From contig CAZCBX010000006.1 of NCBI GenBank assembly GCA_964497185.1, forward strand, positions 49,904 to 113,903: a DNA stretch of 64,000 nucleotides, given 5' to 3'. This document shows positions 40,803 to 50,857 of the stretch, piece by piece. The notes under the pieces were generated by a model. The model saw only the letters and a list, made by a program, of their open reading frames with translations. It did no database searches and had not been told where the DNA came from. Source of the stretch: an uncultured Bdellovibrionales bacterium. Lineage in GTDB: Bacteria > Bdellovibrionota_G > JALEGL01 > JAGRMV01. Within the stretch, counting starts at the first letter, position 1; the number at the start of each line of letters is the position of its first letter. The translations under genes were made by a program, and so were the position numbers.

Positions 40803-41733
40803 GTTTATTACGTGGATTATGCCCGAATCGGCATCCACGATGTCTGGTTCAGTGGATCAACTGACTTACTTCATCATGTATGTCAGTGTATTTTTCTTTG
40901 TATTGATTACGATCGGCATGATCGCGTTTATCATCAAGTTTCGAAAACGTTCCGATGATGATGTCACTTCTTCTGTTGACCACAGCACCATCATTGAAGT
41001 CATATGGACTGCCATTCCCACACTGCTTTTGGCCGTGATGTTTGTATGGGGGGTCGATGTATACATGAGAATGAACATCCCGCCCAAAAACTCTCTAGAA
41101 ATTAAAGTCACGGGTCAAAAATGGTTTTGGACCTTTGGATATCCCAACGGGGCTGTGAGCAATGAGTTTGTCATTCCGGTCAACACAGCTGTGAAAACGC
41201 TGATCTCATCCAAAGACGTGCTGCACGGCATGTATATTCCAGCATTCCGTACCAAAATGGACGCCCTGCCCAACCGTTATACCGTTAGCTGGTTTGAAGC
41301 CACCAAAACAGGTGAATATCCGCTATACTGCACCAAGTACTGTGGCACCAGCCATTCCCAGATGATCACCACCGTGCGCGTGTTGTCACAGCAAGATTTT
41401 GAAAGCTGGTTGGCCGAATCCAGCGGCCCGGCAGATGGCGTACCGCTTTCTGAATATGGTGAAAAACTTTACAACAAGTACGCTTGCAACACGTGTCACA
41501 GCCTCGATGGAAGCGCCATGAACGGCCCCACTTGGCAAGGCCTATGGCAAAGCGACCGAAACTTTGAAGCAGGTCCAAGTGTCAAAGCCGATGAAAACTA
41601 CATTCGTGAATCCATTTTGGAGCCACAAGCCAAGATCGTGAAAGGCTATGCGCCAATCATGCCCTCATACCAAGGCATCTTGAAAGAAAAAGACATCGAA
41701 GCATTGATTGAATTTATTAAAACTGTGGAGTAA
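40795..41733 (+). CDS. coxB: Cytochrome c oxidase subunit II with fused cytochrome c (caa3 type)
   Basis: EVIWTAIP, DVLHG, CuA motif CTKYCGTSHSQM, C-terminal CNTCH. Confidence 0.96.
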   Translation: MREFITWIMPESASTMSGSVDQLTYFIMYVSVFFFVLITIGMIAFIIKFRKRSDDDVTSSVDHSTIIEVIWTAIPTLLLAVMFVWGVDVYMRMNIPPKNSLEIKVTGQKWFWTFGYPNGAVSNEFVIPVNTAVKTLISSKDVLHGMYIPAFRTKMDALPNRYTVSWFEATKTGEYPLYCTKYCGTSHSQMITTVRVLSQQDFESWLAESSGPADGVPLSEYGEKLYNKYACNTCHSLDGSAMNGPTWQGLWQSDRNFEAGPSVKADENYIRESILEPQAKIVKGYAPIMPSYQGILKEKDIEALIEFIKTVE

Positions 41734-41745
41734 TTAGGAGACCCC

Positions 41746-43401
41746 ATGAGCTATTCAGACAACACCCAAACCAACTATCTCAATGCCACCAAAGGCATAT
41801 GGTCGTGGCTAACCACCGTAGACCACAAACGCATCGGCATGATGTACTTAGTGCTGGTGCTGGCTTCCTTTTTTGTGGGTGGTCTTTTTGCGCTGCTTGT
41901 TCGTATGGAACTTTTTACACCGGAGCTGACAGGCATCCTTGTTGATGCAGGCGCCAGCGAAACAGACAAACAAAATGCGTACAACACTTATTTTAGTATG
42001 CACGGCATTATCATGGTGTTTTTGTTTGTGATTCCATCGATCCCAGCCATCATCGGCAACTTTGTACTGCCGCAAATGGTGGGTGCGTTGGATGTGGCTT
42101 TTCCCCGCTTGAATTTGGCAAGCTGGTACATCTACCTCATCGGCGTTATTTTTTCCTTTTACGTGCTTCTTTCTGGCGGTGTCGATACAGGTTGGACGTT
42201 TTACACCCCCTACAGCGCACAAATAGACGGACCCATCGCCGCCATTGGTCTTGCAGTGTTTATCTTAGGCTTTTCGTCCATTCTGACGGGTCTTAATTTC
42301 ATTGTGACCATTCACAAATTGCGCCTGCCGGGCATCACCTGGTTTAACATGCCCTTGTTTCTATGGGGCATGTACGCAACGGCGGTCATCCAAGTATTGG
42401 CCACGCCCGTTATCGGTATCACCATGGTGCTGTTGCTTATTGAACGCGTGGCAGGCATCGGTATCTTCAACCCTGAAATGGGGGGTGATCCGGTCTTGTA
42501 TCAACATTTCTTCTGGTTTTACTCCCACCCTGCGGTGTACATCATGATTTTACCAGGCATGGCCGTGGTCAGTGAATTGATTGCAACCTTTAGCCAAAAA
42601 CGCATTTTTGGTTACAAAGCCATTGCGTATTCTTCAGTGGCCATTGCTGCCGTTAGCTTTTTGGTATGGGGCCATCACATGTTTACCAGTGGTCAGTCGA
42701 AGTTTGCGATTATCGTATTTTCATTTTTAACTTTTTTTGTGGCCATTCCTTCCGCCGTAAAAGTGTTTAACTGGCTGGCGACCCTCTATCGCGGTTCCAT
42801 TACCTTAGAGACGCCCATGCTTTACGCTTTATCGTTTATCCTCTTTTTTACTTTTGGAGGCCTAACCGGACTGTTTCTGGGCGCACTGGCCACGGATGTT
42901 CATTTGCACGCAACTTACTTTGTTGTGGCTCATTTTCATTACGTGATGTTTGGTGGCACCGTGGTGGCCTTTATCGGCGGCTTGCATTATTGGTGGCCTA
43001 AGTTTACAGGCAAAATGTACAATGAATTTTGGGGCCGTGTGGGTGCGGTGCTGGTGTTTATCGGCTTTAATCTTACCTTTATGCCTCAATTTGCTGCTGG
43101 ATTCAAAGGCATGCCTCGTCGATATGCGATGTACGATCCTGAATTCAAAATCTTTAATCAACTGTCAACCATTGGGGCATTTGTGCTATTGATCGCTTTT
43201 TCTCTGATTCTGGTGAACTTTTTGGTGTCCATCTGGAAAGGTGAAAAAGCCCCCATGAATCCCTGGAATTCACTCACCCTCGAATGGCAAACCCAAAGCC
43301 CACCGATCACCGAAAACTTTGAAACCAAACCCGATTTAACTTACGGACCGTATGATTACGACATTCGTCAAAAAGACCGTTTGGCACGAAAAGGAGCATA
43401 A
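41746..43401 (+). CDS. coxA: Cytochrome c oxidase subunit I (A2 type)
   Basis: [23 protein letters not shown] (YS motif of type A2), WGHHM, HFHYV, GMPRRY. Confidence 0.98.
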   Translation: MSYSDNTQTNYLNATKGIWSWLTTVDHKRIGMMYLVLVLASFFVGGLFALLVRMELFTPELTGILVDAGASETDKQNAYNTYFSMHGIIMVFLFVIPSIPAIIGNFVLPQMVGALDVAFPRLNLASWYIYLIGVIFSFYVLLSGGVDTGWTFYTPYSAQIDGPIAAIGLAVFILGFSSILTGLNFIVTIHKLRLPGITWFNMPLFLWGMYATAVIQVLATPVIGITMVLLLIERVAGIGIFNPEMGGDPVLYQHFFWFYSHPAVYIMILPGMAVVSELIATFSQKRIFGYKAIAYSSVAIAAVSFLVWGHHMFTSGQSKFAIIVFSFLTFFVAIPSAVKVFNWLATLYRGSITLETPMLYALSFILFFTFGGLTGLFLGALATDVHLHATYFVVAHFHYVMFGGTVVAFIGGLHYWWPKFTGKMYNEFWGRVGAVLVFIGFNLTFMPQFAAGFKGMPRRYAMYDPEFKIFNQLSTIGAFVLLIAFSLILVNFLVSIWKGEKAPMNPWNSLTLEWQTQSPPITENFETKPDLTYGPYDYDIRQKDRLARKGA

Positions 43402-43404
43402 ATC

Positions 43405-44040
43405 ATGGGCCACTCTAAATACCTCGCACACCATTTTACAGACTTAGAGCAACAGTCCGATTCAGCCAAATTGGGCATGTGGCTCTTTTTGCTCACTGAA
43501 ATTTTGCTTTTTGGTGGCGTGTTTGTTGCCTACGCCATTTATCGGGCGTGGTATCCAGAAACATTTCAAAACGCCAATGAGTTTTTAGACGTGCGTTTGG
43601 GAACCATCAATACAGTGGTGCTGATTGTAAGCTCTTTGACCATGGCTCTGGCCATCCGAGACATTCAGCTTAACAAACGCAAAGCATCCATGATCAATCT
43701 GATGGTGACCATTGCGTTGGCTGCGGTCTTTTTGGTCATCAAGTATTTTGAATACTCGCATAAAATCCATGAAGGCATGTTGCCTGGCAAATTTTACTTT
43801 TTTGATGGCGTGGCTGGCACCAATCCCCATGTCTTTTTCTCCATCTATTTCTTACTAACGGGAATTCATGGACTTCACATCATCATCGGCATGTCACTGA
43901 TTACCTGGATGTTGATTAAATTGCGACAAGGTCATTTTTCATCGGAATACTATGTGCCCATCGAATGCGTTGGACTGTATTGGCATTTGGTGGATTTGAT
44001 TTGGATTTTCTTGTTTCCCTTATTGTATTTAATTGGATAG
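43405..44040 (+). CDS. coxC: Cytochrome c oxidase subunit III
   Basis: [36 protein letters not shown]. Confidence 0.96.
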   Translation: MGHSKYLAHHFTDLEQQSDSAKLGMWLFLLTEILLFGGVFVAYAIYRAWYPETFQNANEFLDVRLGTINTVVLIVSSLTMALAIRDIQLNKRKASMINLMVTIALAAVFLVIKYFEYSHKIHEGMLPGKFYFFDGVAGTNPHVFFSIYFLLTGIHGLHIIIGMSLITWMLIKLRQGHFSSEYYVPIECVGLYWHLVDLIWIFLFPLLYLIG

Positions 44041-44052
44041 GAGCACCCCGTC

Positions 44053-44478
44053 ATGAGCGAACATTCTTCAGAACACAAACATCATGTCATGCCCCTTTGG
44101 ATTTATCTGAGTGTGGCAGGCGCACTGCTGATACTGACAGGCGTTACTGTGGGTGCTGCATACATTCCATTTAGTGAATTTACGGGCATTGGCTCCCTCA
44201 ACTTTGTGGTGGCAATGCTCATTGCCAGTTTTAAAGCAACGTTGGTGGCACTGTTTTTTATGCATTTGCTGTACGACAACAAGCTTTATCTTTTTGCTTT
44301 GGCCTCTGGGGTGGGATGTTTGATCATCTTTATTGTCATCACCATGTTTGACACCGAACGACGCGGCGATGTTAACATTGAACAGCGCTTGCCCATCATT
44401 GAACAAACGGAGCCCGAGCGTTTTGTCATTCCCAAAAAGCATAAGGGAGATGTGGTACCGCCGGACGCCGCTCATTAA
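44053..44478 (+). CDS. Cytochrome c oxidase subunit IV family protein
   Basis: IASFKATLVALFFMHLLYD; last gene of the operon. Confidence 0.9.
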   Translation: MSEHSSEHKHHVMPLWIYLSVAGALLILTGVTVGAAYIPFSEFTGIGSLNFVVAMLIASFKATLVALFFMHLLYDNKLYLFALASGVGCLIIFIVITMFDTERRGDVNIEQRLPIIEQTEPERFVIPKKHKGDVVPPDAAH

Positions 44479-44573
44479 TTTTTTTTACTAAGATCTACAA
44501 AGAAACATCCACCTTTTTTGATTGTGCTCAATCAGTGCTGGCTGCTTTGGCTTGCCTCTGATAGAAGTGACAC

Positions 44574-45839
44574 GTGAGTCTAACCAATACTTTTTGGCGT
44601 CTGTTTTGGGTGCAATTTTTGGGCGCTTTTGTAGACAATTTTTACAAAAGTTTTCTGTTGGTTTTTCTTGTATTTGAGTCGATTTCTCTTTGGGGCCTTT
44701 CCTCTCAACAGCTCATCGCGCTGGGCAGTTTTTTGTTTATCCTTCCTTTTTTTCTAGTTTCAACATTTGCCGGTAACGTAGCCACCCGTTTTGAAAAAAG
44801 CTATTTGGTTCGCTACATCAAGTTGTGGGAAGTGGCTTTGATTTGCGTGGGTCTGCTCTTTTATTGGAATCAAATGCATGGGGGGCTGGTATTGGTGCTT
44901 TGTGGATTGGGCTTGCAGTCTACTTTTTTCGGACCGATCAAATACAGCATTCTACCCGAATATGTTGCCCCCAAAAGTCTGCTGCTGGCCAATGGGTGGA
45001 TTGAGCTGGGCACCTTTGTATCGATCTTGCTGGGCACACTTTTGGGCACACAGTCCAATGTGTTTCGTATGAGTCAACCGTGGCTTTTTTATGTTCTTTT
45101 TTTGGCTCCGCCTCTGTTGGGTCTTGTGATCAGTTTCGGGCTAAAGCCTGTGGCCGTGGAAAATGCACAACAAGTGCTGCGATGGAATTTTTTGGCTGAT
45201 ATCAAAGAGGAAATGGTTCGCTTTTATAAAAATCGACCTGTTTTTATGACCATCCAGGGGATTTCAATTTTCTGGTTTAACGGCTTGTGGGGCATGACCA
45301 TTTTACCCGTGCTCACCAAAGAGGTGTTTGGTGCGCCTGAAGACTTGGTCAGCTTGTTTCTTTGCATTTTCACTTTTGGCATTGGCTTGGGTTCGTTGCT
45401 CTGTGGTCGACTTCAAAAAAACATCCCTCTTTTGCGCTGGCTTTTGATCCAAATGGGTTTTTTACTATTTTGGCTGATTTTGCTTTGGGTCATGGGCACC
45501 CAACACCATGTTTATCACAGCATGTTGCAATGGGTCGGTCATCCCAAAGGCGCCATTTTTTGTCTGACGCTTTTTGGTTTATCTTTTACATTGGGCTTGT
45601 ATGCAGTGGCCTTGTACACAGCCTTACAAGTCGTGCCTGATAAAAACCGAAGGTCCAAAGCCATTGCCAATAACAACATTTACAACGCTTTGTACATGGC
45701 GGTGGCCATGATTTTGTTTTTTGTTGTGGCCGATCATATTCAAGTGCGCGACAACTTTTTGATCATGTTTGCGATCAACATCGTTTTCACTTTGTTCTTA
45801 TGGAAAAAATTTCCCGCTGCAACCAAAAACACTTTGTAA
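44574..45839 (+). CDS. MFS transporter (LplT/Aas-associated type)
   Basis: QFLGAFVDN, FILPFFL.S.FAG, QSTFFGPIKYSILPE, ANGWIELGTFVSILLGT. Confidence 0.88.
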   Translation: MSLTNTFWRLFWVQFLGAFVDNFYKSFLLVFLVFESISLWGLSSQQLIALGSFLFILPFFLVSTFAGNVATRFEKSYLVRYIKLWEVALICVGLLFYWNQMHGGLVLVLCGLGLQSTFFGPIKYSILPEYVAPKSLLLANGWIELGTFVSILLGTLLGTQSNVFRMSQPWLFYVLFLAPPLLGLVISFGLKPVAVENAQQVLRWNFLADIKEEMVRFYKNRPVFMTIQGISIFWFNGLWGMTILPVLTKEVFGAPEDLVSLFLCIFTFGIGLGSLLCGRLQKNIPLLRWLLIQMGFLLFWLILLWVMGTQHHVYHSMLQWVGHPKGAIFCLTLFGLSFTLGLYAVALYTALQVVPDKNRRSKAIANNNIYNALYMAVAMILFFVVADHIQVRDNFLIMFAINIVFTLFLWKKFPAATKNTL

Positions 45840-45843
45840 TGGC

Positions 45844-46395
45844 TTAATGGGTCCATTGATAACGATGCAGAAAAACATTTTGCCCTGTTAGGGTTTCATG
45901 TTCGGTTTTATGACCTTCACTGCGTTCAAAACCATTGTTGAGCAAAACCTTTACAGAGGAATGATTGCCTAATTTGACCCATGCATACAGCGTCTTAAGA
46001 GGGAAGGCTTGCTGCCAATGCTGCATGAGGATGGCCAGGCTGCGGGTGGCATAGCCTTTTTGGGTGTGTGCCCCATCCACCCAATACCCCAATTCGCCCA
46101 CGTGATCTTTGGGATGGTACCGATTAAGCCCCATTTGTCCCACCAGCGTGTTGTTTGAGGTCAAACGCATGGCCCAAATTTTGGTGGGGTCGTCGCTGGT
46201 TTTATTGTGCTGAAGGGTGACCCAATGTTTAGCATCTGCCGTGGTGTAGGGATGGGGTACATTGGTACACCAGCGGGCGATGGTGGGGTCTTGCAGAATA
46301 TAGACCAGCTGCTTGGCATCCGTGGGTAATAGCTCGGTCAGACAGAGTGTGTCGTCTACAGGAAGGGTTTTACGAGACTTAAGCTTGTCGTTCAC
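45844..46395 (-). CDS. GNAT family N-acetyltransferase (RimJ/RimL-like)
   Basis: VPHPYT..DA, ELGYWV....QKGYAT, N.SS.KVLLNNGF. Confidence 0.88.
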   Translation of the reverse strand: MNDKLKSRKTLPVDDTLCLTELLPTDAKQLVYILQDPTIARWCTNVPHPYTTADAKHWVTLQHNKTSDDPTKIWAMRLTSNNTLVGQMGLNRYHPKDHVGELGYWVDGAHTQKGYATRSLAILMQHWQQAFPLKTLYAWVKLGNHSSVKVLLNNGFERSEGHKTEHETLTGQNVFLHRYQWTH

Positions 46396-46846
46396 GAATT
46401 TTACAATAGTACTGCTGGTGGTATTCTTCTGCTTTGTAAAAAGGCCCAGCAGGCGATATTTCGGTCACAATGGGTGAAGAATATTTGCCACTTCGGTTTA
46501 ATTCATCTTTGATTTGCTCAGCCACCTTCTTTTGCGCATTGGTTTCGTAAAAAATTGCTGACCGGTATTGTGTTCCCACATCGGGCCCTTGTCGATTTAA
46601 TGTTGTTGGATCGTGCATGTTAAAAAAGGTTCTCACCAATGCTTCAAAGTCAGTTCGCTCAGAATCATATTGTACTTGCACCACTTCCGCATGACCGGTT
46701 TGTCCTGTGCATACCTCTTCATACGTTGGGTTTGGCTTTTCGCCGCCACTGTACCCGGAGGTTACCTCGGTTACGCCTTCTATTTTTCGAAAATCATCCT
46801 CGACACACCAAAAACAGCCTGCCCCAAACATCGCTTTATCAGCCAT
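46379..46846 (-). CDS. msrA: Peptide-methionine (S)-S-oxide reductase
   Basis: GCFWC, GYSGG, PTYEEVC, HDPT, GTQYRS, AEEYHQQY. Confidence 0.97.
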   Translation of the reverse strand: MADKAMFGAGCFWCVEDDFRKIEGVTEVTSGYSGGEKPNPTYEEVCTGQTGHAEVVQVQYDSERTDFEALVRTFFNMHDPTTLNRQGPDVGTQYRSAIFYETNAQKKVAEQIKDELNRSGKYSSPIVTEISPAGPFYKAEEYHQQYYCKIRERQA

Positions 46847-46918
46847 TGCTCTATCCTCCCATGGTTCAAACAATCATTGATTGTTTCCTCACTGCAATTG
46901 GTATAAACAATTGCTTGC

Positions 46919-47959
46919 ATGAAAGCAATCCTCTCTTTTTTGAGTATTATTCTTATGAGTTGTTATCAAAACCCATATTACGACGAAAACAAGGCCCATC
47001 ACACACCCGAAGGGTTTATCAATACCCCCAAATTGCCCGACAAAGGTTGGAAAGACTTCTGGCGATGGCGCAAAGAACGAAAACAAGGGCAATTAAAAGC
47101 TCCTGACTTTCCTGAAGTTTCACCCTTTGAAGTTGTGCCTGCAAAAAAAATTCAGCAGGCGCTCGTGCGCACGCCCTCTTCGGCCACCTGGTTGGGCCAT
47201 GCCTCTGTGCTGGTCGCCATGGATCAAAAATGGATCATCACCGACCCACATTTCACCACCCACGCCTCTCCTGTTCGTTTTGCGGGGCCCAAACGTTACA
47301 CGCCACCCCCCATGTCGTTGGATGAACTGCCACCACTGGATATTGTGCTGATCAGCCACGATCACTATGATCATTTGGATGCTGGCACGGTTCAAGCCAT
47401 TGCAAAGCATCCCAAGCACCAAAATGCCACGTTTGTGGTGCCCTTGGGCTACAAAACCTGGCTGAATAAGCGTGGCATTCAAAAGGTGGTAGAACTGGAC
47501 TGGTGGGCATCGACCCATGTGCAAGGCATTGAGCTAACTTGCGCCCCAGTACAACACTGGACCAAACGCACGCCCTGGGATACCAATCGCCGATTGTGGT
47601 CTGGTTGGATTGTCGTAGGCCAAGACAAACGTTTTTATTTTGCGGGCGACACGGGTTATCATCCCAAACATTTTAAAGAAGTGGGACGCCAATGGGGGCC
47701 ATTTGATCTAGCCGCATTGCCCATAGGCGCCTATGAGCCGCGTTGGTTTATGAAAGATTCTCATATGAATGTAGAGGAAGCCATTTTGGTGCATCAAGAG
47801 TTGGAAGCCAAACAAAGCATGGGGATTCACTGGGGCACTTTTATTTTGACCGATGAGCCCCTCACTGAGCCACCTCAATTGCTGGATGCCCTGACCCAAA
47901 AAGACCCTTCTTTGGCACCGTTTCATGCCCTTATGCATGGTCAGACCATTGAATTTTAA
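46919..47959 (+). CDS. MBL-fold metallo-hydrolase (NAPE-PLD/RomA-like), probable lipoprotein
   Basis: WLGHAS, ISHDHYDHLD, FAGDTGY, PIGAYEPRWFM, HWGTF. Confidence 0.92.
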   Translation: MKAILSFLSIILMSCYQNPYYDENKAHHTPEGFINTPKLPDKGWKDFWRWRKERKQGQLKAPDFPEVSPFEVVPAKKIQQALVRTPSSATWLGHASVLVAMDQKWIITDPHFTTHASPVRFAGPKRYTPPPMSLDELPPLDIVLISHDHYDHLDAGTVQAIAKHPKHQNATFVVPLGYKTWLNKRGIQKVVELDWWASTHVQGIELTCAPVQHWTKRTPWDTNRRLWSGWIVVGQDKRFYFAGDTGYHPKHFKEVGRQWGPFDLAALPIGAYEPRWFMKDSHMNVEEAILVHQELEAKQSMGIHWGTFILTDEPLTEPPQLLDALTQKDPSLAPFHALMHGQTIEF

Positions 47960-48072
47960 GCCAAGCGGAAATCTAACAAAGGTAAGGACGAAAATCCCAA
48001 TTTTTCGTTGACGCCAGCGCCCAAAGCATTACAACAAGGTAAACTCACCATGCAACCTGAAGGAGTATAGCA

Positions 48073-49119
48073 ATGGTATCCATGGCAGAATACATTTGGA
48101 TGGACGGGGCAAAACCAACCCAACATCTTCGATCCAAAACCCGAATTGTTCACATTCAAGACCACGAGAACGTATCCCCAGACGATTTTCCCAATTGGGG
48201 CTACGACGGCTCGTCCACTTACCAAGCCCAGGGCAATAGCTCAGACTTGGTGCTCATCCCCGTTCATGTGGTCCATGACCCCATCCGTGGGCTGGGCAAT
48301 TATTTGGTCATGTGCGAGGTCATGAATCCAGACGGTTCACCGCATGAAACCAATACACGCGCCAAGTTGCGCGACATTTTAGACCGTGGTGCTAGCAAAC
48401 ACGAGCCATGGTTCGGCTTTGAGCAAGAATATACGCTCTTTAATGGCCGCACACCTTTGGGCTGGCCCGAAAATGGATTTCCAGCGCCTCAAGGCCCCTT
48501 TTACTGCGGCGTGGGTGCCGATGAAGTGTATGGCCGACAGCTGGTCGAGGAACATTTGCAGCTTTGCATTGATGCAGGTCTGATGATCTACGGAGTTAAT
48601 GCCGAAGTGATGCCAGGTCAGTGGGAATATCAAATTGGCTACCGTGGCATCGGCAACGAATCCGCCGATCCTTTGACCATTTCAGACCAAAATTGGCTGA
48701 CACGCTGGCTGTTGTATCGCGTGGGTGAAGAATACAAAGTCACTGCCACATTGGATCCAAAACCTGTCAAAGGTGACTGGAACGGTGCTGGGCAGCACAC
48801 CAATTTCTCCACCAAAGAACTTCGCGATCCCAAAACAGGCCGCGATGCGATGGAGCTGTACATCAAACGATTGGAAGCCAAACACGATGAGCACATTCCA
48901 GCCTATGGTGATGGTTTGGCCAAGCGTTTAACGGGTGACCATGAAACATGCCACATTACATCGTTTCGCGCGGGACCATCTGATCGAGGTGCCTCGATTC
49001 GAATTCCCCTTGATATGCAACGCGATGGCTGTGGCTACTTAGAAGATCGTCGGCCCGGCGCAAACGCAGATCCATATGTTGTTTCTGCACGCATTCTTCA
49101 AACCATTTGTGATTTATAA
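48073..49119 (+). CDS. glnII: Glutamine synthetase, type II
   Basis: 348 aa; EYIWMDG, LRSKTR, YDGSST.QA.G..SD, GFEQEY, NAEVMPGQWEYQ, GDWNGAG.HTNFST, YLEDRRP. Confidence 0.92.
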   Translation: MVSMAEYIWMDGAKPTQHLRSKTRIVHIQDHENVSPDDFPNWGYDGSSTYQAQGNSSDLVLIPVHVVHDPIRGLGNYLVMCEVMNPDGSPHETNTRAKLRDILDRGASKHEPWFGFEQEYTLFNGRTPLGWPENGFPAPQGPFYCGVGADEVYGRQLVEEHLQLCIDAGLMIYGVNAEVMPGQWEYQIGYRGIGNESADPLTISDQNWLTRWLLYRVGEEYKVTATLDPKPVKGDWNGAGQHTNFSTKELRDPKTGRDAMELYIKRLEAKHDEHIPAYGDGLAKRLTGDHETCHITSFRAGPSDRGASIRIPLDMQRDGCGYLEDRRPGANADPYVVSARILQTICDL

Positions 49120-49146
49120 AACTAAAAACGACAAAGGAACCAACCC

Positions 49147-49851
49147 ATGAAAAAAACGATAATGACATTGGCAATTGTTGCCGCATTGGCTGCTTGCAAC
49201 CAGCCTAAGAAAGCCAACATATCCAAGGCTTCATTGGATTCAGAAAGCAAAACCTATAGCTATGCATTGGGCCGTCAATTTGGCGACAACATGAAAACGC
49301 TTCAAGTGGATATCGACAAAGATATCCTTGTGGCATCCATTGAAGCAGCGCTTAACGGAGATGACAGTGTGCTAACCGAGGAAGAAATTCAGCAAGCCAT
49401 GGTCAACTTACGCAATGTGCGTGTGGCACAAATGAAAGAAGCGTCTGAAGCCAACAAAGCCAAAGGGGATGAATTTTTGGCAGCCAACAAAGATAAGGAA
49501 GGCGTCAAAGTCACAGACTCTGGACTTCAATACAAAATCATTGAAGAAGGCACTGGCAAATCACCCAAAGCCACCGATCGTGTCAAAGTGCATTATGCGG
49601 GCACACTGATTGACGGTACGGAATTTGACAGCTCCATCAAACGCGGCACACCCGCAACCTTTGGCGTCAACGGCGTAATCAAAGGCTGGACCGAAGCGCT
49701 TCAAATGATGAAAGAAGGCGGCAAATGGAAACTGTTCATTCCTGCCGACCTTGCTTATGGCCCCATGGACCGTCCGAGCATTCCAGGCAATTCTGTACTA
49801 ATCTTTGACGTAGAATTATTGGAAGTCATCAAGGAAGAAAAGAAAAAATAA
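49147..49851 (+). CDS. FKBP-type peptidyl-prolyl isomerase (FkpA/Mip-like lipoprotein)
   Basis: LAAC lipobox, SGLQY, VHYAGTLIDGTEFDSS, VIKGWTEALQ, LAYG. Confidence 0.95.
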   Translation: MKKTIMTLAIVAALAACNQPKKANISKASLDSESKTYSYALGRQFGDNMKTLQVDIDKDILVASIEAALNGDDSVLTEEEIQQAMVNLRNVRVAQMKEASEANKAKGDEFLAANKDKEGVKVTDSGLQYKIIEEGTGKSPKATDRVKVHYAGTLIDGTEFDSSIKRGTPATFGVNGVIKGWTEALQMMKEGGKWKLFIPADLAYGPMDRPSIPGNSVLIFDVELLEVIKEEKKK

Positions 49852-49857
49852 GCTTTC

Positions 49858-50250
49858 ATGAAACTTCTCATGAAACCCATTCGGTGGTTTGTTGGTCAGG
49901 TGATCCTATTCATTAATTGGCTCACCTGGCCCAAACCCCTAAAGCGCAGCGACCAAGCCCAACAAGCCGTCAATCAGCAAGCTGCGCATTTATCATTATA
50001 CCAATTCAAAGCCTGTCCTTTTTGCGTCAAAGTAAGACGCCACATCCAAAAGTTAAATATACCGATCGAGATGCGTGAAGCCAAACATGAAGGTCCCCAT
50101 CGCCAAGCACTCATTGCGGGTGGTGGCAAAGCCAAAGTGCCCTGCTTGCGCATTCAAGACCATCCAACCGATACGTGGATGTATGAATCCAACGACATCA
50201 TCGCGTATCTCAACGAAAGGTTTGCACCCCATGAAACGACTCCCCTTTAA
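49858..50250 (+). CDS. Glutaredoxin/GST N-terminal domain protein
   Basis: CPFC, KVPCL, MYESNDII.YL. Confidence 0.88.
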   Translation: MKLLMKPIRWFVGQVILFINWLTWPKPLKRSDQAQQAVNQQAAHLSLYQFKACPFCVKVRRHIQKLNIPIEMREAKHEGPHRQALIAGGGKAKVPCLRIQDHPTDTWMYESNDIIAYLNERFAPHETTPL

Positions 50251-50629
50251 AAGCACAGATTTAGGCCTCTTGGCTCTGCGCATCGCCTCAGGTGGCTTTA
50301 TGTTGTATGGACATGGTTGGGACAAATTCATGAATTTTTCCACCAAAGCCCCCGACTTTCCCTCTGTTATGGGGTTAGGTGGCAAGTTCAGTTTGGCTTT
50401 GGCCACTGGGGCTGAATTTTTTGCAGCAGCCCTAGTCCTTCTGGGCATCTGCACACGTTGGGCAACCTTACCTTTAATCGCCACCATGGGCGTGGCAGGG
50501 TTTATCATTCACGGCAGCGACCCTTGGCAGAAAAAAGAACTCGCCCTGATTTATCTGGTGATGTTCATTGCTTTATTTTTTACAGGCGGCGGCAAATACA
50601 GCCTAGACCGCTTGTGGTGCAAAAAATAA
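50231..50629 (+). CDS. DoxX family membrane protein
   Basis: LLALRI..G..MLYGHG.DK, AEF, LG..TR, KELALIY, GGGKYSLD. Confidence 0.9.
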   Translation: MKRLPFKSTDLGLLALRIASGGFMLYGHGWDKFMNFSTKAPDFPSVMGLGGKFSLALATGAEFFAAALVLLGICTRWATLPLIATMGVAGFIIHGSDPWQKKELALIYLVMFIALFFTGGGKYSLDRLWCKK

Positions 50630-50650
50630 CCATCCCATCGACCAAACCCA

Positions 50651-50682
50651 AAAAAAGCCACGCCCCAAAAGCGTGGTTTTTT
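50651..50682. terminator. Probable bidirectional intrinsic terminator
   Basis: AAAAAAGCCACGC-loop-GCGTGGTTTTTT between the convergent DoxX and hflC genes. Confidence 0.65.
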
Positions 50683-50703
50683 ATATCCAACACCCCAACC
50701 TTC

Positions 50704-50811
50704 CGTCCCCAAAGGGACAGTCCCTTTGGGGACGCAGGCCGGAAGTGCTTACTGGACATACCCGGTGCCCGTAAAAGCACGAACCCTCCGTCCCTTTTGG
50801 GACGGAGGGTT
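50704..50811. repeat. REP-like palindrome doublet
   Basis: CGTCCCCAAAGGGAC-A-GTCCCTTTGGGGACG, then AACCCTCCGTCCC-TTTT-GGGACGGAGGGTT; second copy at 56690-56801. Confidence 0.88.
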
Positions 50812-50857
50812 TAAACAAACAGAGACGGCTTTGAACAAAAGTTCAATACCCCATCAC

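Noticed and set aside
32914-44478. Numerous antisense and alternative-frame ORFs inside the respiratory operon and other long genes
   Set aside because: Fully overlapped by well-supported genes and lacking recognisable motifs; considered shadow ORFs.
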